Shown: positions 19,375 through 28,653 of the stretch, one piece after another
How positions within the stretch are numbered: the stretch's first letter is position 1
Layout: each line of letters opens with the position of its first letter
NCBI GenBank assembly: GCA_964422405.1
Contig: CAYRAY010000001.1
Coordinates: 1 to 54,417, forward strand
Source of the DNA: an uncultured Clostridia bacterium
GTDB lineage: Bacteria; Bacillota; Clostridia; Christensenellales; Borkfalkiaceae
DNA: 54,417 nt
Direction of reading: 5' to 3'
Notes under the pieces: model-generated
The model's database searches: none
Told to the model about the DNA's origin: nothing
The model's input: only the letters and a program-made list of their open reading frames with translations
Translations under genes and position numbers: made by a program

Positions 19375-20037
19375 TTATCGGCAAGTTTTGCACGCCCCTG
19401 CCTTGCTCTGCGGATACAGCGGCAGTTCAAAGAACCCTGCGCACACCTCTTGCGAATATTCCTGTGCAGGCGGAATGGCGCAATAGCCGTACGTCGGCAC
19501 CAACAATTCCACCGTCATGGCGATTTTCAAAATGACCGTCGCGCAGAAGTTGACGGTGAATCCCTCTGCCTCGCTTACGAACGTGCCGTCGGGCGCAACC
19601 ACGCTGACCACCGCATTGACGTTGAAGGGCATAATGGACGGGGCAGGCACGTACAGCAACACGTCTACGGGCAAGGACACCGTACCCGTCGCCCTGCCGT
19701 CTGCGCCCGTTGCGTCGGTATACAACACCTCTACGGGAACGCTGACCGTGCCTTGCACTCTGGCGCACGGTCTGTCCGTCTGCCGCTCGATGTTCAAGTT
19801 GGTTATGGTCGCCGCACTGCCCGTGGAGCGGGCGGAAACGAAGGTCAAAGGATATGTAGGCGTGGCAGGGGTGAGGTCGGTGATTGCCAAAGCGTAGTTT
19901 TCCATCTGCGTTTGCCGAATACACGCATCGAAGATTTTTTCCGCCTGAATACACACCTTTTCCGTCAAGCCGTTTAAGGGATTGCCCGTGATTGCCGACG
20001 GGCATTTATCCGATTGAAAGTTGGAATAAAAGGACAT
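19375..20037 (-). CDS. Cys-containing hypothetical protein, beta-rich
   Basis: 220-aa ORF with a strong GGAGG RBS and coding-like composition. I recognise no family with confidence. Confidence 0.55.
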   Translation of the reverse strand: MSFYSNFQSDKCPSAITGNPLNGLTEKVCIQAEKIFDACIRQTQMENYALAITDLTPATPTYPLTFVSARSTGSAATITNLNIERQTDRPCARVQGTVSVPVEVLYTDATGADGRATGTVSLPVDVLLYVPAPSIMPFNVNAVVSVVAPDGTFVSEAEGFTVNFCATVILKIAMTVELLVPTYGYCAIPPAQEYSQEVCAGFFELPLYPQSKAGACKTCR

Positions 20038-20167
20038 GGTTACCTCCTTGGTACGAAAGGACGAAAAAGGGCGACGCGCCGTGTTTTTTCATCTTTCGCA
20101 TTGTCGTTTTCTTACTACATCGTATGCCGAAGCCGCCACCGTTTGTGTTTTTTTGTCGGCAATGCGG

Positions 20168-20458
20168 TTACGGAAAGGGAATACGGACGGGCATACCCAA
20201 ATAGAAAACGTCGGTGCCGTTGAGGGCGAAAAAGGCGGATTCGCTGCCGCAAAGCAGGGTTTTGGTGTCCCCTTCTTGGACGATATAGGGGTTGCCGCGC
20301 GCCGTGGGAATGGTTAAAATTTGCCCTGTATACGGTTGGGCGGTCAGGGCGTTGGTCTTGGCAAGCAAACGGGCGGAAACGAAAAAATGCGCAGCAATTT
20401 TTTCCAGCGTTTGCCCCGGTTTCACTTGGTAATACATACAAAATTCCGTGTTCAGCAT
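20168..20458 (-). CDS. LysM domain protein
   Basis: YYQVKPGQTLEKIAAHFFVSARLLAKTNAL fits a LysM fold. The start is uncertain (20458 or 20437). Confidence 0.6.
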   Translation of the reverse strand: MLNTEFCMYYQVKPGQTLEKIAAHFFVSARLLAKTNALTAQPYTGQILTIPTARGNPYIVQEGDTKTLLCGSESAFFALNGTDVFYLGMPVRIPFP

Positions 20459-20542
20459 TTGTTTATAGCCTATGCGGCAGGGCGGAAAAATAGTACGACG
20501 TAACGAAAAACGTATACGGAGTTCCGTTTTTATTGCCGTTTT

Positions 20543-20589
20543 TAAGATACACTCCGCTCACCTGCGTTGCAGGTTCGGTCGGTATGACA
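20543..20589 (-). repeat. dispersed repeat family 1, copy D
   Basis: The reverse complement reads TGTCATACCGACCGAA-CCTGC-aac-GCAGG-TGAGCGGAGTGTATCTTA. The adjacent TACGGAGTTCCGTTTTT (20515-20531) also matches 3997-4015. Confidence 0.75.
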
Positions 20590-20652
20590 GCAAGATGAGT
20601 TTTGACATAGACAAGCGTTCTATTTTTGGGGTGAGCGGCGTAGAATAGCGGT

Positions 20653-22206
20653 ATGAAAAACAATATCTACGCCAACGCCACCGTGGTTACGGGGCTGTCC
20701 GTTGCCGAACGCGCCCTCGGCTTTTTATACCGTATCGTCCTCTCCCGTCTGCTCGGCGAAGAAGGGTTGGGGTTATACCAAGTCGCCCTGTCCGTATTCG
20801 CCCTGTTTATCACCCTCTGTTCGGGCGGAATCCCCATGACGGTATCGAGGACGGTTGCCAAATACCGCGCGGACGGCGACGAGCGTACAGCAAGTGCCGT
20901 GGTGGGTGCAGGGGTGACGGCAAGTCTGCTTTTCACCCTGCCCGTATGTCTGTTCTTCGGCTTGTTCGGGCGGAAGATGACCTTTCTGTTTTCCGACGAG
21001 CGGACGTACGACGTGTTCCGCATCTTGTTGTTGGGGCTGACCTGCAACTGCGTGTACGCCGTGTTCCGCGGACATTTTTGGGGGCGGAAAGTCTTTCTGC
21101 TCCCCTCCGTTGCCGATTTTTTAGAGGAATCGGTGATGGTGATTATCGGGGTTTTGTTGTTGCAATCGGCGCACGAACCCCTGCACGGGGCAAAGTTGGC
21201 GGCATGGGCGGTCGTCCTTTCGTACCTGTTCTCGTTTGCGCTGTCGGGGATATTTTTTGCGATCAAGGGCGGAAAAGTGCGCGCGGAAAAAGGGCAACTT
21301 CCCAAACTCTTGCGCGCGGCAACCCCCGTCACCGCCGTGCGCGCCGTGGGGGCGTTGGTCAATTCTGCCATTGCCGTGTTGTTGCCTGCCATGCTGGTCA
21401 AATCGGGCATAGACGAACGGGAAGCGTTGCGGCAATTCGGCGCGGTTTCGGGCATGGTTGCGCCCATGTTGATGATCCCTGCCACCTTAATCGGCTCGTT
21501 GGCGTTGGTGTTGATGCCCGAACTTTCGGAAGATTTCCACAAAAAACGGTTAGCGCGGTTGCGGCGCAATCTGGCGCGCGGCATCAAATTTTCCTTTCTG
21601 GTTGCTTGCTCCCTGATTCCCTTTTATTTTGCCTTGGGCGAGGACTTCGGCAAGCTGATTTTCCACAGCCCCTACGCAGGGAAAATGCTGAAAAATAGCT
21701 GTCTTTTGCTGCTGCCCATGAGCCTTTCCATGATTTCCTCTGCCATGCTCAACTCGTTAGGGTTTGAAAAACAGACGTTGTTTTTCTACTTTGTCGGCGC
21801 GGCAGCAAACTTGCTTTGCGTGCTGCTGTTGCCTCCGCTCTGCGGCGGTTACGCCTATATTTTGGGACTTTTTGCGAGCTATGTTTTTACCGCCCTCTGC
21901 AACCTAATTTTTATTGCCAAAAAATGCCCGATTTATCCAAAACGGAGGGGGCAGGTATGCGTTCACGAGTATTTTCCACACCTTTTCGCCATGCTGTTTT
22001 TAAGCCTTTCCGCCGCCTTTTTGCACAGCATTTTTAAGAAAATCACAGGGGAAACTGCCGCCGTTGCGCTGACCGCAGCCCTGCTTACTGCAGAAACGCT
22101 TTTCGCCTTTTGGGCGACGGGGTGCATACCGCGCAACATAATAAAAAAGCTGTTGCCGCACAAAACAACCGCCCCGACTTCCGTTCCGCATAAAAAACGC
22201 CCGTAA
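20653..22206 (+). CDS. SpoVB/MurJ-family polysaccharide/lipid II flippase
   Basis: 517 aa with about 14 TM segments. The N-terminus LGFLYRIVLSRLLGEEGLGLYQ is typical of SpoVB/MurJ. Confidence 0.8.
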   Translation: MKNNIYANATVVTGLSVAERALGFLYRIVLSRLLGEEGLGLYQVALSVFALFITLCSGGIPMTVSRTVAKYRADGDERTASAVVGAGVTASLLFTLPVCLFFGLFGRKMTFLFSDERTYDVFRILLLGLTCNCVYAVFRGHFWGRKVFLLPSVADFLEESVMVIIGVLLLQSAHEPLHGAKLAAWAVVLSYLFSFALSGIFFAIKGGKVRAEKGQLPKLLRAATPVTAVRAVGALVNSAIAVLLPAMLVKSGIDEREALRQFGAVSGMVAPMLMIPATLIGSLALVLMPELSEDFHKKRLARLRRNLARGIKFSFLVACSLIPFYFALGEDFGKLIFHSPYAGKMLKNSCLLLLPMSLSMISSAMLNSLGFEKQTLFFYFVGAAANLLCVLLLPPLCGGYAYILGLFASYVFTALCNLIFIAKKCPIYPKRRGQVCVHEYFPHLFAMLFLSLSAAFLHSIFKKITGETAAVALTAALLTAETLFAFWATGCIPRNIIKKLLPHKTTAPTSVPHKKRP

Positions 22207-22272
22207 AAAGCGGAAACGGCGATTATTTTTCGTTTTTCCTCGGTTTTTGGCAAACTTTTTTTGCTTTGCCCC

Positions 22273-22301
22273 TTGACAACGGGCAAGATATGGAGTACAA
22301 T
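22273..22301 (+). promoter_or_regulatory. pgi promoter
   Basis: TTGACA, 17 nt, TACAAT. Confidence 0.6.
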
Positions 22302-22341
22302 AAAGTGGTAAGTAAAAAATGAAAAGGAAGGAGATTTTTTT

Positions 22342-23775
22342 ATGAGCTACAAAACCAGAGAATGGCGCAATTCCATGCGCGTACGTTTGGATTACAACAA
22401 CATGACGGACACGTTTTTGGGCGACAAAGGGTTCACCGACAAAAAGTTGGCGTCGTATGCTTCCAAGGCGAACGCCGCTTTCCGTTACGTGAAAGAAAAC
22501 CGTGGCAAAGACGAATTGTTTATGGGCTGGACGGAACTTCCGTACAACCAAAAAGAGATTGTTTCCGACATTCAGCAAACGGCGAAACGGGTGCGCAAAG
22601 ATTTTCAATATTTCGTAGTCCTCGGTATCGGCGGCAGTGCGCTCGGTCCTATCATGGCGTTTAACGCGCTCTGTCATTTGCATTATAACGATCTGCCCAA
22701 GTCCAAGCGCAAAGGTCCTAAATTTTACGTAGAGGACAACGTTGACCCCGTACGTATGCGCGATCTTTTGGACGTTATCGAACCCGAAAAGACCTGTTTT
22801 AACGTCATTTCTAAGTCGGGTGCAACCAGCGAAACAATGACGCAATACCTGATTATTTTGGACCTTTTGACCAAGGCAGGCGTCAACGTAAAAGACAACG
22901 TTATCTTTACCACGGACGCGAAAAAGGGCAATTTGAAAAAGATTTCCGACGAATGCGGCGGCATTAAGAGCTATATTTTGCCCGACGGCGTCGGCGGAAG
23001 ATTTTCCGAACTCTCCCCCGTCGGTTTGTTGCCTGCGGCGGTACTCGGTATCGATATCGTGGGCTTGCTTGCCGGCGCGGCGTATATGGATTCCATTTGC
23101 AACAAGCCTGCCATGCGCCACAACCCTGCATTGATGTGCGCGGTGTTGCAGGTTGCGGCGATGGAAGAAGGCAAAAACGTGGGCGTTATGATGCCCTATT
23201 CGGATAACCTGAAATACCTTGCCGACTGGTATTGCCAGCTTTGGGCAGAGTCCTTGGGCAAGAACGTGACGTTGGACGGCAAGCCTTGCAACGTAGGTCA
23301 GACCCCTGTAAAGAGCTTGGGCGTCACCGACCAGCACTCGCAAGTACAACTGTACACCGAAGGTCCTTACGACAAGGTCGTTACCTTCCTTTCCTTGCAG
23401 AAATACGGTTGCGAAATGCCCATTCCTCACGGTTGCGAAAATATCCCCGACGTGTCCTTCCTTGGCGGACATACCATGGAAGAGTTGATTCAGGCAGAAA
23501 ACGCGGCAACAGCGTACGCGCTGACCAAGGCAGGCAGAATGAATTACACCCTTTGGTTGCCCGAACTGAACGCGTTTACCTTGGGGCAACTGCTCTTCTT
23601 GTTTGAATTGCAAACGGCGTATGCAGGCGCGATGCTCAACATCGACACCTTTAATCAGCCGGGCGTGGAAGAAGGCAAAAAGGCAACCTTTGCGTTGCTT
23701 GGCAAAGCCGGGTACGAGAACAAGAGCAAGGAGTTGGAATCCCTGCCGCAAAAGAAGGAAGCGTATATCATTTAA
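22342..23775 (+). CDS. pgi: glucose-6-phosphate isomerase
   Basis: 477 aa with GIGGSALGP, ISKSGATSET and QHSQVQLY motifs. GGAGAT RBS. Confidence 0.9.
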   Translation: MSYKTREWRNSMRVRLDYNNMTDTFLGDKGFTDKKLASYASKANAAFRYVKENRGKDELFMGWTELPYNQKEIVSDIQQTAKRVRKDFQYFVVLGIGGSALGPIMAFNALCHLHYNDLPKSKRKGPKFYVEDNVDPVRMRDLLDVIEPEKTCFNVISKSGATSETMTQYLIILDLLTKAGVNVKDNVIFTTDAKKGNLKKISDECGGIKSYILPDGVGGRFSELSPVGLLPAAVLGIDIVGLLAGAAYMDSICNKPAMRHNPALMCAVLQVAAMEEGKNVGVMMPYSDNLKYLADWYCQLWAESLGKNVTLDGKPCNVGQTPVKSLGVTDQHSQVQLYTEGPYDKVVTFLSLQKYGCEMPIPHGCENIPDVSFLGGHTMEELIQAENAATAYALTKAGRMNYTLWLPELNAFTLGQLLFLFELQTAYAGAMLNIDTFNQPGVEEGKKATFALLGKAGYENKSKELESLPQKKEAYII

Positions 23776-23819
23776 CGCTTTCTGAACGAAAAACCGCATA
23801 GCCGAACGGCTTTTGACAA

Positions 23820-23849
23820 GCGATCCCGTAGTTCACGGGGTCGCTTTTT
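23820..23849 (+). terminator. pgi terminator
   Basis: GCGATCCCG-tagttca-CGGGGTCGC followed by TTTTT. Confidence 0.75.
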
Positions 23850-23995
23850 CCGTTTCCGATACAAAAGCACACAAAATAATAGGTATATCCCCCGAAAAAG
23901 TGGATATACTTTGCATAACAAAAAGGACGGAACGGCACCGCGCAGACTTTACATATAATAGAGTATGGGCGATCGGTTTTCAAAAGAGGTATGTT

Positions 23996-24355
23996 ATGAA
24001 CGTGAAACGAGGCGAACTATATTATGCGGATCTTTCCCCCGTGGTGGGCAGCGAACAGGGCGGCATACGTCCCGTTCTGGTGGTGCAAAACGACGTCGGC
24101 AACAAGTATTCCCCCACCGTCATTGCCGCCGCCGTCACCAGCAAAATCAACAAAGCCAAACTGCCTACGCATATCGAGTTGCCCTCTGCCTACGGACTCG
24201 CCAAAGACAGCGTGATTTTGTTGGAACAAATCCGCACGCTAGATAAACGACGATTAAAAGAACGAATCGGCGAACTGCCCCCTGCCACCATGCTCCGCGT
24301 CAATCGGGCAATTTTAATCAGCCTCGGTTTTCCCGTCAACGAACAGAACCGCTGA
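23996..24355 (+). CDS. mazF: MazF/PemK-family endoribonuclease toxin
   Basis: [33 protein letters not shown]...[13 protein letters not shown] closely resembles EndoA/MazF. AAGAGG RBS. Confidence 0.85.
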   Translation: MNVKRGELYYADLSPVVGSEQGGIRPVLVVQNDVGNKYSPTVIAAAVTSKINKAKLPTHIELPSAYGLAKDSVILLEQIRTLDKRRLKERIGELPPATMLRVNRAILISLGFPVNEQNR

Positions 24356-24378
24356 CGGCGGTTTTCGTTTTTTTGGAG
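24347..24378 (+). terminator. mazF terminator
   Basis: AACCGC-tgacg-GCGGTT followed by a T tract. Confidence 0.65.
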
Positions 24379-24587
24379 CTTTTGGGGCGGTCGGTTTTGG
24401 AGCGTTGTCGGTTTTTGGGCATAGTCGGGCGGCATTTTGGGACGATTTTTTGCGAACGGAGGGGCGGAAAAATCCGTTATTGACAAAGGTTGCGGCAAAT
24501 CGGCAAAATAAGTAATTTTCCGCGCGGCAATCGGGCGTATACTGAACGTACTTTTTGCGCCGAAAGGCGGAGTACGGAGGTTAAAAA

Positions 24588-26894
24588 ATGCGTTTTCCTA
24601 AAAAGATTGATTTTTCGCGGACGGGGTTTTACGCGCTGTTCGGGGTTGCCGCGCTGTTTTTACAGTTTGTGGGGGACAACGGCGAGCCACTGTCGCTTGC
24701 GCTTTTATACGGGGTGGTCGGCATGGGTTTTTCGCCCACGCTGTCCGCCCTTTGTTGCGCCTATCCCGTACTGCTTTTCGGCGAGCTGAAATTCAGCCTG
24801 CTCTTTTTCGGACAAGCCGCTTTGGTGGCGTTGGGGCAAGCTTTGCAAGGGAAATTGCGCAGAGAACGCTGGCGACGTTCGGGCGTGCTTGCGCTGACCT
24901 GCCTTGCGCTTGCCCTGTGCTTGTTCGTGCGGTTTGCGCCCTTTGCGCCCTATGCGTTGCCCCTGCCGCATCGGTGGCAACCCACCGCCCTTACGCAAAA
25001 AATTTTGATTGCCGCCGCCGTACTTTTGTTTGCCGCCGTCTTTTCCGTTGCCTTAAAAACGCTTTTAAGAAAGTTTTTGCGGTGCAAATTACGCAACGAC
25101 GAAAAGGTTTTTACGCTGTTGTTCTTATTACTTGTCGGGGTGGGAGCGTGCCGTTTTTTGGGTGTGAACGCGTACATGGGTGCCTCATTTTTCATTTTGT
25201 TGGTGTTTGCAAGCTGTACAAAAAATGCCGAAAGCATGCTTTGTGCGTTTGCGCTTGCACTGCCGCCATTGCTGGTGGCGCAAGTGTCAGTGGTAAAGCT
25301 GTGTCTGTACGGCGTAGCCGTTTCCGTTGCCATAAAATCGGGAAAGGTCGCCGCCGTGTGCGCGCTTTTGACGGTGTTTTTCGCCGTCGGGTACTTCGAG
25401 GGGTTGTACCAAGCCCCTGCCGCGCGGTTGGTGCCGACCTTGCTATCCGCACTGATCCCCACCCTGCTATTCGTTTTGATTCCGCCGCCCCTATTGCGAG
25501 GGTTAGAAAACAAGGTAGAATTTTACCGAGAAAAGCATTTGACTCGCGTAGCAATCAACCGCAACCGTGCCGCCATCGGCGAAAAGTTGTTTGAAATTTC
25601 GGCGGTGTTCCGTGAAATTCAGGCGGCATTTACCGCCATCGGCGCGGAGGAAGCAGAGGCAGGTGCGCGAGAGTACATACAAAATTGCGTCCTTGACGAG
25701 GCATGCAAGGGTTGTCCGCAATTTTTACTCTGTCAAAAACGGAATGTCTTTTCCGCCCTGCCCTCTCTCATCGGGGTTGGGTGCGCGAAGGGGCGAGTGA
25801 CGCTCATCGATCTGCCGCGTGCGGTGGCGGACGCGTGCAACAACCAAAGCGCGCTGTTGTACGCACTCAATCGGCAACTGACCGAGTACCAAAGCTACGT
25901 ATCCGAAACGGAAAACGCGGCAAGCGGCAGGGCGTTGTTGGCAGGGCAGGCGCAGGGCGTGAGCGAGATTTTGAAATCGCTTGCCTTGGAACAGAGCGAG
26001 CCTTTGAAAGTGTACGCGGAAAAGGAGCGGTGTTTGTGTGCCGCCCTGATGCGCGTGGGCGTTGTGTGCAGCGAGGTGCTGTTGTACGGCGAGGAAGAAA
26101 ACGTGACCCTGTCCTTGGTGTCCTTTGGAAAGGCGGACGTGAAATTGATTGCCGACACGGCAACGAGGGTGTTGCAAACGACGATGACCATTTCTGAACG
26201 GCTCCCCCTTTCCGACGATAAATTCTGTTGCATTTTACGCAAAAGACCCGTGTTCGATGCGGCATTCGGGGTTTCCGCCGTCAAAAAGCACGGACAAACG
26301 GCAAGCGGTGACACGCATTCTGTCATTCGTTTGGACGAGCGGAAGTTTATGGTTGCCCTGTCCGACGGCATGGGGAGCGGCGAGTATGCCAAGCGTGTTT
26401 CCGAAAGCACCATTGCACTGTTGGAGAGTTTTTATCGAGCAAAAATGCCGTCGCCGCTGGTGCTTTCTTCCGTGAACAAATTGCTGACGTTCGGCAAAGA
26501 GGAAAGTTTTGCGTGCGTGGACGTTGCCACCGTGGATTTAGACAGCGGCGTTGCCGATATCGTCAAAATCGGTTCTCCCCTCGCCTTTATTCTTTCTGGC
26601 AATACCGTGAAGATTTTAGAAAGCGCGTCTTTGCCGCTCGGCATTTTAGACGCCTTGCGCCCCGATGCGTCCAGCTATATTTTGGAAGAGAACGACGTGT
26701 TGCTGTTCATCAGCGACGGCGTAAGCGATGCGTTCGGTTCGGCAACAGATTTGTACGAGGCATTGCGGAATATTCCCATACACAACCCGCAACTGCTTGC
26801 CGAAAAATTGATTGAAAGCGGTTTGCGCGCGAGTGGCGGCGTAGCCAAAGACGATATGACAGCGGTTGCCGTGCGGCTGTTCAAAGCGGCATAA
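24588..26894 (+). CDS. spoIIE: stage II sporulation protein E (PP2C phosphatase with polytopic N-terminus)
   Basis: 768 aa with about 10 N-terminal TM helices, a central region, and a C-terminal PP2C domain (GDTHSV...SDGMGSG...ISDGV...DDMT). Confidence 0.85.
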   Translation: MRFPKKIDFSRTGFYALFGVAALFLQFVGDNGEPLSLALLYGVVGMGFSPTLSALCCAYPVLLFGELKFSLLFFGQAALVALGQALQGKLRRERWRRSGVLALTCLALALCLFVRFAPFAPYALPLPHRWQPTALTQKILIAAAVLLFAAVFSVALKTLLRKFLRCKLRNDEKVFTLLFLLLVGVGACRFLGVNAYMGASFFILLVFASCTKNAESMLCAFALALPPLLVAQVSVVKLCLYGVAVSVAIKSGKVAAVCALLTVFFAVGYFEGLYQAPAARLVPTLLSALIPTLLFVLIPPPLLRGLENKVEFYREKHLTRVAINRNRAAIGEKLFEISAVFREIQAAFTAIGAEEAEAGAREYIQNCVLDEACKGCPQFLLCQKRNVFSALPSLIGVGCAKGRVTLIDLPRAVADACNNQSALLYALNRQLTEYQSYVSETENAASGRALLAGQAQGVSEILKSLALEQSEPLKVYAEKERCLCAALMRVGVVCSEVLLYGEEENVTLSLVSFGKADVKLIADTATRVLQTTMTISERLPLSDDKFCCILRKRPVFDAAFGVSAVKKHGQTASGDTHSVIRLDERKFMVALSDGMGSGEYAKRVSESTIALLESFYRAKMPSPLVLSSVNKLLTFGKEESFACVDVATVDLDSGVADIVKIGSPLAFILSGNTVKILESASLPLGILDALRPDASSYILEENDVLLFISDGVSDAFGSATDLYEALRNIPIHNPQLLAEKLIESGLRASGGVAKDDMTAVAVRLFKAA

Positions 26895-26972
26895 AAATTT
26901 TGGCTTCTCCTGCGGCTGTTCAAGTCGGCATAAAAACGACACGCAGTGCGATTACACAATGCCGTATAAAGG

Positions 26973-27020
26973 AAAAACCGACTTTTGCAATCGGCAAAAG
27001 TCGGTTTGTTTTCTGTTTTT
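26973..27020. terminator. bidirectional terminator between spoIIE and the ABC ATPase gene
   Basis: AAAAACCGACTTTTGC-aatcg-GCAAAAGTCGGTTTGTTTT. Confidence 0.8.
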
Positions 27021-27032
27021 ACTTTTGAAAAA

Positions 27033-28445
27033 TTATTCTGCTTGTTCTTCGTCCTGAGGTTCTTCGGTAGCAACGGGTGCTTCGTCAGCGACAGGAGTTT
27101 CAGCCGCAGCCTTAGCTTCCATCTTTGCGTGTGCCTTAGCCATTCTTGCGTCCTTTCTTGCTTGCGCCTTCATTTCCTTGGTGACGATACGAGCCGCGTC
27201 GATGCGAGCGCGCATTTCTTGAGGTGTAGGAGGCACGAATGCAGAACCTTCTGCGTTTTCTTCAATAACTTCGTAACCTGCGTCTCTTTCCAAAATGGAA
27301 GCTTCGGTTTCGCCGTCGAAGAGGTGAATATGGTTTGCGTCGAATGCAAGGTCGATGATGTCGTTCAAAGCAACAACGGCACGGCTGGAAATCTTTGCGA
27401 TCATCTGCGTGGAGTTGTCGATAATGGACGCTTCTTTGCCTTCGTGGTCAAGTTCGCAGTAGATTTGCGTTTCAGCACCCAACTTTTCGATAACTTCGAT
27501 ACGCGCCTTAACAAGGGTGTCGGGCGAGTTGGAGATGAACAACTGGTCTTGGTGAATATCTTCGGGACGAACGCCGAGGGTTACCTTTTTATCCGTGTTC
27601 AAGTATTCGTCCAAATTCTTAATTCTTGCAGAAACGGACTTAGGCAAACGAATCGAGTTGCCACCAACGATATTTACGTTTACTTCGTCAACGCTGCCAG
27701 TCAAGGTTGCGTCTTTGAAGAAGTTCATCTGAGGCGTACCGATGAAGCTTGCAACGAAAAGGTTTACGGGATAATCGTACAAGTTTTGAGGGGTATCTAC
27801 TTGTTGCATGAAACCGTCTTTCATAACAACGATTCTGGTACCCATGGTCATAGCTTCGATTTGGTCGTGCGTAACGTAGATGAACGTGGTAGCAAGACGA
27901 GCGTGAAGCTTGGAAATTTCCGTTCTCATCGAAGCACGGAGCTTTGCGTCGAGGTTGGACAAAGGTTCGTCCAAAAGGAACACTTTGGGTTCACGAACGA
28001 TGGTACGGCCGAGCGCAACACGTTGTCTTTGACCGCCGGACAAAGCCTTCGGCTTTCTGGAAAGGTAATCGGTGATACCAAGGATTTCAGCCGCAGCTTT
28101 TACCTTTTTATCGATAACTTCCTTGGGTACTTTACGAAGCTTCAAACCGAACGCCATGTTGTCGTAAACGGACATGTGGGGATACAAAGCGTAGTTCTGG
28201 AATACCATGGCGATATCTCTGTCCTTGGGAACGACATCGTTCACCAACTTACCGTCGATATAAAGTTCGCCCGAAGAAATTTCTTCCAAACCTGCGATCA
28301 TACGAAGGGTAGTGGACTTACCGCAACCGGAAGGACCTACCAACACGATGAATTCCTTGTCGCGAATATCGAGACAGAAATCGAACACTGCTTGTACACC
28401 CGAGGGATATACTTTGTTAATGCCTTTCAGCAAAAGACCTGACAT
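27033..28445 (-). CDS. MsmX/MalK/UgpC-like ABC transporter ATPase with a charged C-terminal tail of about 100 aa
   Basis: Walker A GPSGCGKST, signature LSGGQRQR and Walker B FLLDEPLS. The protein is 470 aa, against my recollection of about 365-370 aa for this family. Confidence 0.85.
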   Translation of the reverse strand: MSGLLLKGINKVYPSGVQAVFDFCLDIRDKEFIVLVGPSGCGKSTTLRMIAGLEEISSGELYIDGKLVNDVVPKDRDIAMVFQNYALYPHMSVYDNMAFGLKLRKVPKEVIDKKVKAAAEILGITDYLSRKPKALSGGQRQRVALGRTIVREPKVFLLDEPLSNLDAKLRASMRTEISKLHARLATTFIYVTHDQIEAMTMGTRIVVMKDGFMQQVDTPQNLYDYPVNLFVASFIGTPQMNFFKDATLTGSVDEVNVNIVGGNSIRLPKSVSARIKNLDEYLNTDKKVTLGVRPEDIHQDQLFISNSPDTLVKARIEVIEKLGAETQIYCELDHEGKEASIIDNSTQMIAKISSRAVVALNDIIDLAFDANHIHLFDGETEASILERDAGYEVIEENAEGSAFVPPTPQEMRARIDAARIVTKEMKAQARKDARMAKAHAKMEAKAAAETPVADEAPVATEEPQDEEQAE

Positions 28446-28653
28446 AATCTTTTCCTCCTAATGGATTGACCATAATTTTCATTACTATCATTTTACTATA
28501 TTTTCAAAAAAAATACAATAGGTAAAATCAACAAATTTCCAAACCGCTTTTATCTACTTTGCACATATTTGCCGCCTTCCGCGCCCGTTTTTGCGCAAAA
28601 TGCACCATTATACAGACAAAAGCCTGTCGTTTTACCCCTTTTTGCACTGTGGT

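Noticed and set aside
23813-23995. N-terminal extension of the MazF ORF (180-aa track ORF), or a hidden antitoxin.
   Set aside because: The extension crosses the pgi terminator hairpin and has no RBS. The canonical MazF N-terminus begins at 23996 after AAGAGG.
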